The notes beneath the pieces were generated by a model. That model had not been told where the DNA came from and ran no database searches. It saw only the letters and a list, made by a program, of their open reading frames with translations. The position numbers and the translations under genes were made by a program. DNA of 64,000 nt from Vulcanimicrobiota bacterium. Lineage in GTDB: Bacteria > Vulcanimicrobiota > Xenobia > Xenobiales > JADMJV01. Shown one piece after another: positions 28,231 through 36,564 of this stretch. The number at the start of each line of letters is the position of its first letter. Position 1 is the first letter of the stretch. The stretch lies in NCBI GenBank assembly GCA_050250895.1, contig JBFWNU010000001.1:2724891-2788890 (forward strand), given 5' to 3'.

Positions 28231-29308
28231 CGTTCCGACCACGGAGCCGCCCCGAATCAGCGTGAGTTCGGTGGGGTCTTACACCCCCAGACGGAATGTC
28301 TAAAGGGTAAGCGTTGGGCGAAGACGACATCGCACCCCCGGCGCCCCGGCCGGTCTCCAGGGCAAGGCTCGACTCGGGCCCTAGAACCCTCGCGAGGTTC
28401 GTCCGGCTCCCGAGAATCGAGAGGTCTGGTGCTGGTAGGTATGGCGGCCAGACAGCGGAACACTCAATTGCCGCGGCGCTCCACGATGCCGAAAGAGAGT
28501 GACTTGAGAACCGGTGGTCCGGTTTACGGTGGCAAACCCACCGGCGGCGCTGCTCGAATGCCGTGACAGAGGCGTCTGTCGAACGCGAGCAGGGTAGCTC
28601 TCCACCATAGAGAGCCTGAAGCCTCGATAAGGATTTCGGGGCGAGGCCCGAGACCCAGGCCGGAACCGTGAGGGTAAAGGCTGCCGCTAGTCGGCAGTGC
28701 CGGAGCAGGTCGAAAACGGGAGTCTGGTGCAGGTGAGGTGGCGGCCAGACACGGAGTCGCTCAGGCCGTAAAGAGCGAGGGTTGCGCTCAAACCATAGAA
28801 GCGCCCAGAGCCGACTGGTTAAAACGGGAGTCGTCGCAACGACTTAAGCCGACGGGTCGTGGAGTGCCCGAGGGTTGGAAATCTCGCGCCTGACGTGAGA
28901 ACGTCGAATAGCGAGCGCGGAACTGCTCGAGTGCCGTGGGGGGTGACCGCCAGAAAAGCGAGCAGGGGTAGCATGCATACCTGAGATATGCGCAGCGCTT
29001 CGTCTGAAGACATTCGAAGCGAGGCCCGACGCTCTTGCCGGAACCGTGAGGGGAAAGGCCGACTGGATTCGTCCAGTTCGGTGCCGGTCAAGGCGGACCA
29101 CGGGAGCCTGGTGCAGGAGAGGCGGCGGCCAGGCAGCGGAGCTATCGCTTGCCGCGACGACCACTAATCGTCGAAAGAGATAGACAGCAGATGTCTCGAC
29201 TGCCTAACAATGAGACGACCCTCCGCTTCGGCGAAGGGACCCCGACGCCTGAGTGGTGGCGGTCGGGAACCGAGAGGCGCTCCCTGGCAGGGCGCCTCTT
29301 TCCTTTTT
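28231..29308 (+). ncRNA. Candidate large (~1.07 kb) structured non-coding RNA with internally repeated modules; family not recognised
   Basis: No credible ORF; bounded by promoter and terminator; dense hairpins; three copies of a stem+pseudoknot module and two copies of a multibranch module with compensatory base changes. Confidence 0.8.
29272..29308 (+). terminator. Intrinsic terminator
   Basis: GAGAGGCGCTC-CCTGGCA-GGGCGCCTCTT followed by TCCTTTTT. Confidence 0.8.
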
Positions 29309-29410
29309 CCGGGGGGCGCGTGGGAGTGGTGGAAATCGCCAGGTGCAGTAGGCGTGGATGCTTAGCTGCGGGCGCTTTGGAACTTTGGGGTCGGGGCTGA
29401 CGAGACAGAG

Positions 29411-29686
29411 ATGGGACTAGCGTTGCGGTTTGCCGGACGGCCGCTGCTTTTTCGGAAGCTGGTGGGCTTGGACGGAGGATGCACGCTGGACGGGATCGCG
29501 GATTTGCAGAACGCGATTCGCGAGGAGTTGGGGTTCGGAGAGCCTGTCGTGGTCCCGGACCGTGGGGCTACCTTCTTTGCCACCGTGGGGATGCCGTTTA
29601 CGCTACATCCGGAGGCCCAGTTCCACGAGGTTCAGCTGCGAAAGCTGAAGGATATTCGGTCAAAGTTCCCGCTGGTTGAGCGGTGA
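29411..29686 (+). CDS. Small hypothetical protein
   Basis: 91-aa ORF with ATG filling the gap before the convergent mqnD; no recognisable motif. Confidence 0.35.
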   Translation: MGLALRFAGRPLLFRKLVGLDGGCTLDGIADLQNAIREELGFGEPVVVPDRGATFFATVGMPFTLHPEAQFHEVQLRKLKDIRSKFPLVER

Positions 29687-29757
29687 CGCAATCTGTGCCG
29701 ACTTGGCTTGGTCGGACCCTTCCACCTCCGCGTTAAAACTCCAGCAAGCACCCCCGG

Positions 29758-30591
29758 TCAGGCGGTGACGAAGTCGACCTCGATCGAACGGGGGATGATG
29801 CCGGCCGAGTGGCCTCGCGAGAGCAGTTCACGCACGGCGGCGCGGCCGGCCTGACCGAAGTCGAGAGTCGTGTCGTTGACGTACATCTCGACGAAGCGGT
29901 CGCAGGTGTCCTTGTCGAGCCCTCGGCCCCACTGCAGAGCGTAGTCCAGGGCCTCGTCGCGGTGGTCGAGGCCGTAGCGGATGGAGCGGTCGAGGATGTC
30001 GGCGACCTGGGCGATGCGTTCGGGGCCCAGCGAGCGGCGCACGATGGTCACTCCCAGGGGCAGAGGCAGCCCGGTCTGCTCTTGCCACCATTGGCCCAGG
30101 TCGACCAGTAGCTCGAGGCCTTCGGCGGCATAGGTCAACTGGCCCTCGTGGATGACCAAACCGGCACTGGCCTCACCCGAGCGGACCGTCTCGAGGATTT
30201 GGTCGAAGGGAACCACTTTGTAGGGGAAGTCTCCGGCGTAGAGGCGGGCTACCAGGAAGGCCGTGGTCAGCTCGCCGGGCACGGCTATCGGGCCGGCAAA
30301 GGCCTCTTCCGCCTCGACCCCGGGGCGGGTCACGAAGATCGGGCCGTAACCCTGGCCCAGGCTGGCCCCCGCCGCCAGCAAGGCATAGTCGTCGGCCAGG
30401 TGGGCATAGGCATGCAGAGAGACGGCCGTGACGTCGAGCTTTTGCTCGAAGGCCCACTCGTTGAGGGTCTGGATGTCCTCCATGACGTGCTCGAATTCGA
30501 ACTCGCCCATGTCGATGCGCCGCTGCGCGGTGGCGCAGAACATGAAGGCGTCGTCAGGGTCGGGGCTGTGACCTACGCGAATCAGGGTCAC
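29758..30591 (-). CDS. mqnD: 1,4-dihydroxy-6-naphthoate synthase (futalosine menaquinone pathway)
   Basis: GHSPDPDDAFMF, DIQTLN, G.GYGP, PGELTTA, IHEGQLTY, LPLPLG, MYVN. Confidence 0.92.
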   Translation of the reverse strand: MTLIRVGHSPDPDDAFMFCATAQRRIDMGEFEFEHVMEDIQTLNEWAFEQKLDVTAVSLHAYAHLADDYALLAAGASLGQGYGPIFVTRPGVEAEEAFAGPIAVPGELTTAFLVARLYAGDFPYKVVPFDQILETVRSGEASAGLVIHEGQLTYAAEGLELLVDLGQWWQEQTGLPLPLGVTIVRRSLGPERIAQVADILDRSIRYGLDHRDEALDYALQWGRGLDKDTCDRFVEMYVNDTTLDFGQAGRAAVRELLSRGHSAGIIPRSIEVDFVTA

Positions 30592-32675
30592 GTGGGCTGG
30601 TCCTTGGTCAGGCCCGTCTTCTCGGGGCCCGACCGAGCCTTCTCGTCGCGCACGATGTTGAGGTTCATGCGCGGTTTGGTGAGATAGGTGTTTTGCTTCT
30701 CTTGCACCGACAGTTCAAAGTTGGAGGTGAACACCAGCGAGTCGGTGGGGCAAGCCTCGGTGCACAAGCCGCAATAGCAGCAACGGGCCAGATCGATGGA
30801 GTAGATCTCGGGGTATTCCCAGCCCTCGTCGTTTTCAGGCGAGGCCAGGTGAATGCAGCTGTCGGGACAGGCGTCGACGCAAACCCCGCAACCCACGCAC
30901 ATTTCGGCCGCGCAGCCGTAACAGCGCTTGCCCTCGCGGCGGGCCATGTCGAGCGAGAAGCCCAGGTCAAGCTCGTCGAAGGTCTGAATGCGCACCTCCC
31001 CCGGAATCTTCGGCATCGGCACTTGATAGTTCATCCGCCGGAAGGGCTTCTGCTTGGGCTCTTTGGACCAGGGTCGCGGGTCGACGAAAGCGCTCTCGGG
31101 CGGGCTCTCGACCTCACCCAATCCGGCGCGCCGCGAGACCACTCCCGAACTCAGGGCCGGAGCCGTGCCGTCGACGTAGGGAGTGACGTGCAGCTCAGCG
31201 TGGCCCGACTTCTCATAGCCGTAGAGAAAGGGAAAGCTGTCGGGGCAGCAGTCGTATTTTCTGGCGATGCCGATGCACACCGCATCGGCCATGCCGATGG
31301 CTTCGATGATGGTCGAAACCTTGGCCACGTCGCCGCAAGCCCACACGCCCTCGCGAGTGGTCTTGCCCTGTTCGTCAACCCGGATGGTGCCGTTGCGGTT
31401 GACCTTGATGTCGTCAGGCAGCCAGGGTATGTCGACCATCCGGCCCAGGGCCGTAATGATCATTCCGCACTCCAGAAGATATTCCGAGCCGGCGATGGGG
31501 CGGGGACTGCGCCGGCCCGAGCGGTCTTTCTCGCCCAGGCGATTCTTGATCACTTCCAGGCCGACCAGCTGGCCGTCTTGGATAATGATACGGTGGGGCG
31601 ACGTCAGCCACTCGAGGTGGATGCCCTCCTCCTCGCCATCTTCAATCTCTTCTTCTTCAGAAGGCATCTCGCGGCGGGTGCGCCGATAGATCATGACCAC
31701 CTCGGCCCCCATCCGGCGACAGGTGCGAGCGCAGTCAAAGCCGGTGTTGCCGCCCCCAACCACCACGACCTTTTTGGGCACTTCGGTGAGGCGGCCGCGA
31801 ATCTGCTCTTCGAGAAAGTCCTCGCCGTAATAGACGTAGGGCTTCTCTTCCGAGGCCAATCCCAGATGGTACGGCTTCCAGGCCCCGGCTGCGATGATGA
31901 CCTCGTGATGCCGCTTCTCGAGCTCTTCGAGGGTGACGTCGTTGCCCACTTCTACCGACAGGTGCAGGGTGATACCGTCGAGCTTGTGGATCCGTTCCAT
32001 CTCGCCGTTGACCACGTCGCGGGGCAGGCGATAGATGGGGATGCCCAAAGTAAGAAAGCCTCCGGGAATATCGCGTTGCTCGTAGATGTGGCACTCGAAG
32101 CCCCACGAGCGCAGCAGCATGGCGCATTGGTAGCCGGCCGGGCCGCCGCCGATGATGCCGATGGTCTTGCCGTGGAGCGGCTGACTGCAGCAGTACTTTT
32201 CATACGAGAAACGCTCGGACTCGGGCAGGTTGGCCTCCCAGTCGGAGTATACTCGCTTGAGCTTGCGAATGGCGATGGGCTCGGGCCCGGTAAAACCGCG
32301 CGAGCACTGTTTTTCGCAGGGGGCCGGGCAGACGCGGCCCAGGGTAGCCACGAACGGGTAGGTCTTGCGCAGCATCTCCATGCCTTCGCGCCAGTTGCCT
32401 TCCCCGGCCAGGGTCACGTAACCGCGGGCGTCGGTGTGGGCCGGACAGCCGGTGGTGCAGGGCGCCCAGCGGGTGCCGGGGTACCAGTCGCTCTTGTTCT
32501 TGATCGATTCGGGACTGTGGAAATCGACCATCCTCAGCATTCCGCGCGAGTTGGCCGGAATCGACTCGTTGCGAACCAACGGATAGTTGATGGTCACCGA
32601 CGGTTGACGAAAATGTTTGTAGGTGACCGACATTCCTCCGAGGATGGCCCGAAGGTTGTCGAGGATGGTTGGCAT
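30588..32675 (-). CDS. NuoI-like 2x[4Fe-4S] protein with inserted GltD/NfnB-like FAD/NAD(P)H oxidoreductase module
   Basis: NuoI-like N-terminus (GMSVTYKHF..VTINYP..SRG); GltD-like APC..GCP, GRVCPAPCE..C, GGGPAG, GGGNTGFDCAR, YRR; C-terminal CVGCGVCVDACP and CCYCGLCTEACP. Confidence 0.85.
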   Translation of the reverse strand: MPTILDNLRAILGGMSVTYKHFRQPSVTINYPLVRNESIPANSRGMLRMVDFHSPESIKNKSDWYPGTRWAPCTTGCPAHTDARGYVTLAGEGNWREGMEMLRKTYPFVATLGRVCPAPCEKQCSRGFTGPEPIAIRKLKRVYSDWEANLPESERFSYEKYCCSQPLHGKTIGIIGGGPAGYQCAMLLRSWGFECHIYEQRDIPGGFLTLGIPIYRLPRDVVNGEMERIHKLDGITLHLSVEVGNDVTLEELEKRHHEVIIAAGAWKPYHLGLASEEKPYVYYGEDFLEEQIRGRLTEVPKKVVVVGGGNTGFDCARTCRRMGAEVVMIYRRTRREMPSEEEEIEDGEEEGIHLEWLTSPHRIIIQDGQLVGLEVIKNRLGEKDRSGRRSPRPIAGSEYLLECGMIITALGRMVDIPWLPDDIKVNRNGTIRVDEQGKTTREGVWACGDVAKVSTIIEAIGMADAVCIGIARKYDCCPDSFPFLYGYEKSGHAELHVTPYVDGTAPALSSGVVSRRAGLGEVESPPESAFVDPRPWSKEPKQKPFRRMNYQVPMPKIPGEVRIQTFDELDLGFSLDMARREGKRCYGCAAEMCVGCGVCVDACPDSCIHLASPENDEGWEYPEIYSIDLARCCYCGLCTEACPTDSLVFTSNFELSVQEKQNTYLTKPRMNLNIVRDEKARSGPEKTGLTKDQPT

Positions 32676-32825
32676 GAGAGTGCCCTTTCTCCCCCTGCAG
32701 TTATAGACTTTTCCAGGGTTCGCTGGGTTTCCCTTCGTCTTGAAGTCGAGCCTTCCTACTGTTGTCAGCCACGCAAAAAGACGGCCCGAGGACCGCCTTT
32801 GCTAGTTCTGACGACTGTGATCGTT

Positions 32826-33077
32826 CTAGAGGTGGCGCGCGATGGCGGCCTGGGTCAAGGCCTCGCCGACCCGCAGTTCGGGACTCACGGCACGCAGATT
32901 CCGGGTGGCCTGGCCGAGTTCGAGGCTGCTCACTTTGGGCAAGAAGAGGTTGCCGGGGTCGCTCTCGCGGCGGGCGACCAGCAAGGCGAAGTTGAGAGGG
33001 TAACGTTTTTCTTCGACCAGTTTCTGCGTCTTCTGAGCGATCTTGTCGGCATACTTCAGATAGTCGGTTCTCGTCAT
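32826..33077 (-). CDS. Small hypothetical protein
   Basis: GGGAGG upstream of ATG 33077; 83 aa MTRTDYLKYADKIAQ... Confidence 0.55.
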   Translation of the reverse strand: MTRTDYLKYADKIAQKTQKLVEEKRYPLNFALLVARRESDPGNLFLPKVSSLELGQATRNLRAVSPELRVGEALTQAAIARHL

Positions 33078-33240
33078 CTTTTTGTGGCCTCCCGCTGGTG
33101 ATGTTGAAATCATAATCTTTGGTCGTTTCCGGAGGGTTGCGAGGGCTTTCCAGATATTGCCAGATTGTTAAAATGTTTGATTTTTCATGTTCACGATTCG
33201 CATCCTGAGAACCGGTCGAAAGTTTGTTATACTCTTTATT

Positions 33241-35520
33241 ATGAAACAGCGTAGAGGAATCGCCCTGATCGTGGTGCTGCTGTTGGCCAGTGTCATGGCC
33301 GCACTGGCCGGGGCCTTCGTGACCCTGAACCGAGCCAACTTCGCCATGGCAGGGGATGTCGGCGAAGAGAGCCTGGCCCGGGCCACCGGAGACTCGGCCG
33401 TCAACTTCGCTTGCAGCCGCCTGACAGCTGACCCCGATTGGGGCGTGCCCGCCGGCTCCAGCGGTTGGACCCAGACGTTCGACTCCACCGAGCTGAAGGT
33501 CTGGGAGCGAGAGCAGGGCGGCATCGTCTCGGCCGTGGGCGTGATGAACGGAGGCAACAGCTGTTTTCAAATTCACTTCCAGGCTCCCAGCGCCGATGTG
33601 GTCGACTTTGCCGCGGTCGACCTCAACTCGATTCGCAGCAACCCGGCCACTCCGGGCAGTTGGACGCCGGCCGCCACCCTGACCCCGGCCCGCTGGGCCT
33701 CGACCAACAACTTCGATGCCCCGGCTGGCACCGTGCTGTCGCAGCCAAAAGTCGGTCTGCGACCCGTGCCGGCCCGCTCGGCCAACGTTCAGGTGCTGGT
33801 TTTCGCGGGGGACACCCAGCGTAAATTCGACACCACCCTGCATCGTCCCAGCGTGATCAGTTACGGGGTTCTGAGTCAGGGCGAGCTGGGCGTCGGCCTC
33901 GGCGGAGACCCTACCACTGGCGACACCAGCGGGGATTGGTCGGTCCTCTCGGCCGACCCCTATGTCAATGAGGTGGCGGGACGCAACGGAGTGCATGCTC
34001 CTGATGTGCTCAACGGCAGCAATGGTCAAACCACCAGCTTCACTGATGGCGGCAAGCTCAAGAGTGGCACCAACATCAATCTTTTTACCAATCTGTCGGT
34101 CGCTCCCGGCAGCCCGCCCGTGGTCACCACCTCGGGAGCCGGCGCGGTGGTCGGTGACGGCGTCAACGATGTCGACGAGAAAAACCAGCTGCGAGCCGCC
34201 ACGCAGGGTCAATACCTGGACCATCAGCAGATTCCCAACGTGGTGGCGACTTACAGCGGCGGCCTGGGTTTATCGGCTGTCACCGTCAGCCTTGACGCTG
34301 GCACCTATCGGTTCATCGCCGATAACACGGTCGAACAATATGATGGCTTCGGCACGTTAGTGGCCACCCACACGGGCACGATCGGGTCGACCGGTATCGA
34401 GCTGGTCAATTCCGAAATGCGCTTTCCCGAGAACCGTGAGGTGGTCGTGACCGGAAACCTCAACGTCGAGCGCGCAGCGACCTACGACAAAGTTCCCTAC
34501 GTAAGCCTGGGTCAGAACGCCAGCGGAGTGGGAGCGGCCTCGGTGCTCAAGGTCAATGGCGATGTCAATCTGAGTGCCGCTATCGCCGGCCAGGGGGCCC
34601 TCGTTTCTCAGGGCAACGTGGCTCTTCAGGGCAAGAGTGCCGTGGCTGCCCCGGCCGACCTGGGAGTGGCCGTGTTCGCGGCCCGCGATGTCACTTTCGC
34701 GCCGGTGGACAGCGCGGCCAGCTCCGCCGCCCCGGCTCAGGTGCTACCGGGTGATTGGAGTTCCCTGAATGATGCTTTCCTGGCTAATTCGGGCATCTCC
34801 AACCTGTGGGACCATCCCACTAAGGGTCTCAACGGCTGGGACACGCTCTCGAGCAGCGAGCGCCAGAAACACATCCGCCTGGGCGGGGGCGGCAACAAGT
34901 ACATTCCCGGCGGCCTGGCCAACGTTGGCGGAGTCGGTTCGTCGGCCTCAGCGGGCCTGACCCAGCGCGCCCAGGACCTGGGGTTGATCGCGGGTGCTCA
35001 GGACTTTACCGCCATCCCCGAATTGAGCGCTTTCACGCCCAACACCGTTCAGGACTATGTCGCGGCCTCGCTCTTTCTCGAGTCGCTGGCGACCGGTTCA
35101 CCGGACCTGACTCTGCTGGTGCCGGGTCCGAGCCTCGACCCCGTCGTGCAGGGCAAGGTCGACGCGCGTATCGAAGCGATGCTCGACAAGCTCTACGAGC
35201 AGAAATCAGGTTCGTTCGAGAATTTCGTCGGGTCTTCCACGGCCAATCCCGTGCCTCTCGCTGGCTACGAGGTCGTCAACCCTCGCGACGCCGAGTTTCG
35301 TGGGGTCGTCTACTCGGGGGGCAATATCGTAGCCAATATGGGAGGCTATCGGTTTAGCGTGGATGGAGCCGTGGCCGCCCAGGGCGATGTCTTGATGGAC
35401 GGAGTCAAGAAGCTGACCAGTCGCTACAATCCCACCTACATCGAGCGTTTCACGGACGCGTTCGATGTCTCGAGCACCGAGTCGGCCCAGGTCAAAGTTG
35501 TCTATCAGTCGGAATATTGA
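33241..35520 (+). CDS. Large PilX-like minor pilin
   Basis: MKQRRG|IALIVVLLLASV; Gly/Ser/Thr-rich beta-repeat segments (GALVSQGNV, GVVYSGGNI, GAVAAQGDV). Confidence 0.75.
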   Translation: MKQRRGIALIVVLLLASVMAALAGAFVTLNRANFAMAGDVGEESLARATGDSAVNFACSRLTADPDWGVPAGSSGWTQTFDSTELKVWEREQGGIVSAVGVMNGGNSCFQIHFQAPSADVVDFAAVDLNSIRSNPATPGSWTPAATLTPARWASTNNFDAPAGTVLSQPKVGLRPVPARSANVQVLVFAGDTQRKFDTTLHRPSVISYGVLSQGELGVGLGGDPTTGDTSGDWSVLSADPYVNEVAGRNGVHAPDVLNGSNGQTTSFTDGGKLKSGTNINLFTNLSVAPGSPPVVTTSGAGAVVGDGVNDVDEKNQLRAATQGQYLDHQQIPNVVATYSGGLGLSAVTVSLDAGTYRFIADNTVEQYDGFGTLVATHTGTIGSTGIELVNSEMRFPENREVVVTGNLNVERAATYDKVPYVSLGQNASGVGAASVLKVNGDVNLSAAIAGQGALVSQGNVALQGKSAVAAPADLGVAVFAARDVTFAPVDSAASSAAPAQVLPGDWSSLNDAFLANSGISNLWDHPTKGLNGWDTLSSSERQKHIRLGGGGNKYIPGGLANVGGVGSSASAGLTQRAQDLGLIAGAQDFTAIPELSAFTPNTVQDYVAASLFLESLATGSPDLTLLVPGPSLDPVVQGKVDARIEAMLDKLYEQKSGSFENFVGSSTANPVPLAGYEVVNPRDAEFRGVVYSGGNIVANMGGYRFSVDGAVAAQGDVLMDGVKKLTSRYNPTYIERFTDAFDVSSTESAQVKVVYQSEY

Positions 35521-35941
35521 GCCTCGCGCGTTTTCACTCTTAGAGTTGGTGCTGGCCTTTGGCATCGTGGCCTTGCTTTTCCTCACGCTGGGACTGCTGT
35601 TTCTCAGCCTGTTGCGCGGCTCAGCCAAGGCCTCCAATACCACCGTAGGAGTCGTCTTTGCCCAGGATGTGCTCGACAGCGTCATTCGCAACGACCTCTA
35701 CTCGGCGAGCGCCGGACCGCGCAGCCAGGGTATCTACACGGTCGACGAGGCCAACTTGACCAATTTCTTCTACACGGTCGATTCGACTCAGGTACCACCC
35801 GTGGGCGGGGTGCACGCCGGTGGCTATCTGGTCACGGTCGAGGTGTGGTGGTGGACTGGCGATGCTCAACAGGCTCGCGCCGGACAGGGCCGGCTATCGA
35901 CTCGGGTGACCCGCCTGCACCTGCCTGGGAGTCTGCCTTGA
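35465..35941 (+). CDS. Prepilin-type (PilV-like) minor pilin (start 35465 or TTG 35498)
   Basis: RA|FSLLELVLAFGIV; C-terminal VTVEVWW. Confidence 0.7.
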   Translation: MSRAPSRPRSKLSISRNIEPRAFSLLELVLAFGIVALLFLTLGLLFLSLLRGSAKASNTTVGVVFAQDVLDSVIRNDLYSASAGPRSQGIYTVDEANLTNFFYTVDSTQVPPVGGVHAGGYLVTVEVWWWTGDAQQARAGQGRLSTRVTRLHLPGSLP

Positions 35942-36564
35942 GGCGAGGCTTTACCTTGCTCGAGGCGGTGTTGGGAGTGGGTCTCTTGGCCTTGCTGAGT
36001 CTGGCCGTGTTCGGCCTCTTTCGCCTGGGCTCGGACCACTTTCGCATCGGGGTCATGCGCAACGACTTGCAGGGTCAGGGAAGACGCGCCATCGCTTTGC
36101 TGCAGCGAGAGCTGCCGCGCAGCAGTTATCCCAGCGTGGGCGTCTTCAATAGCGGGCTCAATCCCCCTCGCGACGCCATCTCGTTTGCTACCCTGAGCGA
36201 CTGGAACGACCCGGTCCTGTTCGACCCGGCCGGGGGACGCCCTGAATGGGACCGCTACTACTTTTTCTTCTGTACCACCGACCTGCCCCGGGGACGACTG
36301 GGGTATGCGGTGGTCGATCCCGGCGGTGAGGCCAAGACTCCCTGGGCTAACATGGCGACTTTTACGCCGGTGGTTGCGCCTCCGAATGTGGCCGGCGAGT
36401 TGACCCGAGTCACCGTGCTGGCCGATAGCGTCGAGACATTCCAGGTGCGAGACTTGAGCGACCAGATCGCCTTTGACCTGGTGCTCTCAGGCCAGGGTCT
36501 TGATGTCAACCGTCGTCAGGAACGTTACCAGTTCACCTTTACGCTCAAGCCGATTAACCCTTAG
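35938..36564 (+). CDS. Prepilin-type (PilW-like) minor pilin
   Basis: TTGA overlap; (M)RRG|FTLLEAVLGVGLL. Confidence 0.75.
   Translation: MRRGFTLLEAVLGVGLLALLSLAVFGLFRLGSDHFRIGVMRNDLQGQGRRAIALLQRELPRSSYPSVGVFNSGLNPPRDAISFATLSDWNDPVLFDPAGGRPEWDRYYFFFCTTDLPRGRLGYAVVDPGGEAKTPWANMATFTPVVAPPNVAGELTRVTVLADSVETFQVRDLSDQIAFDLVLSGQGLDVNRRQERYQFTFTLKPINP

Noticed and set aside
28231-29308. rRNA, tmRNA, RNase P RNA, group I/II intron or known riboswitch; also the short ORFs called here
   Set aside because: No signature motifs recognised (no GAGGAAAGTCC, no tRNA-like ends, no domain V); the short ORFs lack RBS and recognisable protein motifs, and variation between repeats preserves pairing rather than frame. 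An Rfam search is still needed
30693-33101. Long antisense ORFs (802 aa here; also 21315-23069, 57115-59121, 37734-38990 and others)
   Set aside because: Shadow frames opposite well-supported genes, expected in high-GC DNA
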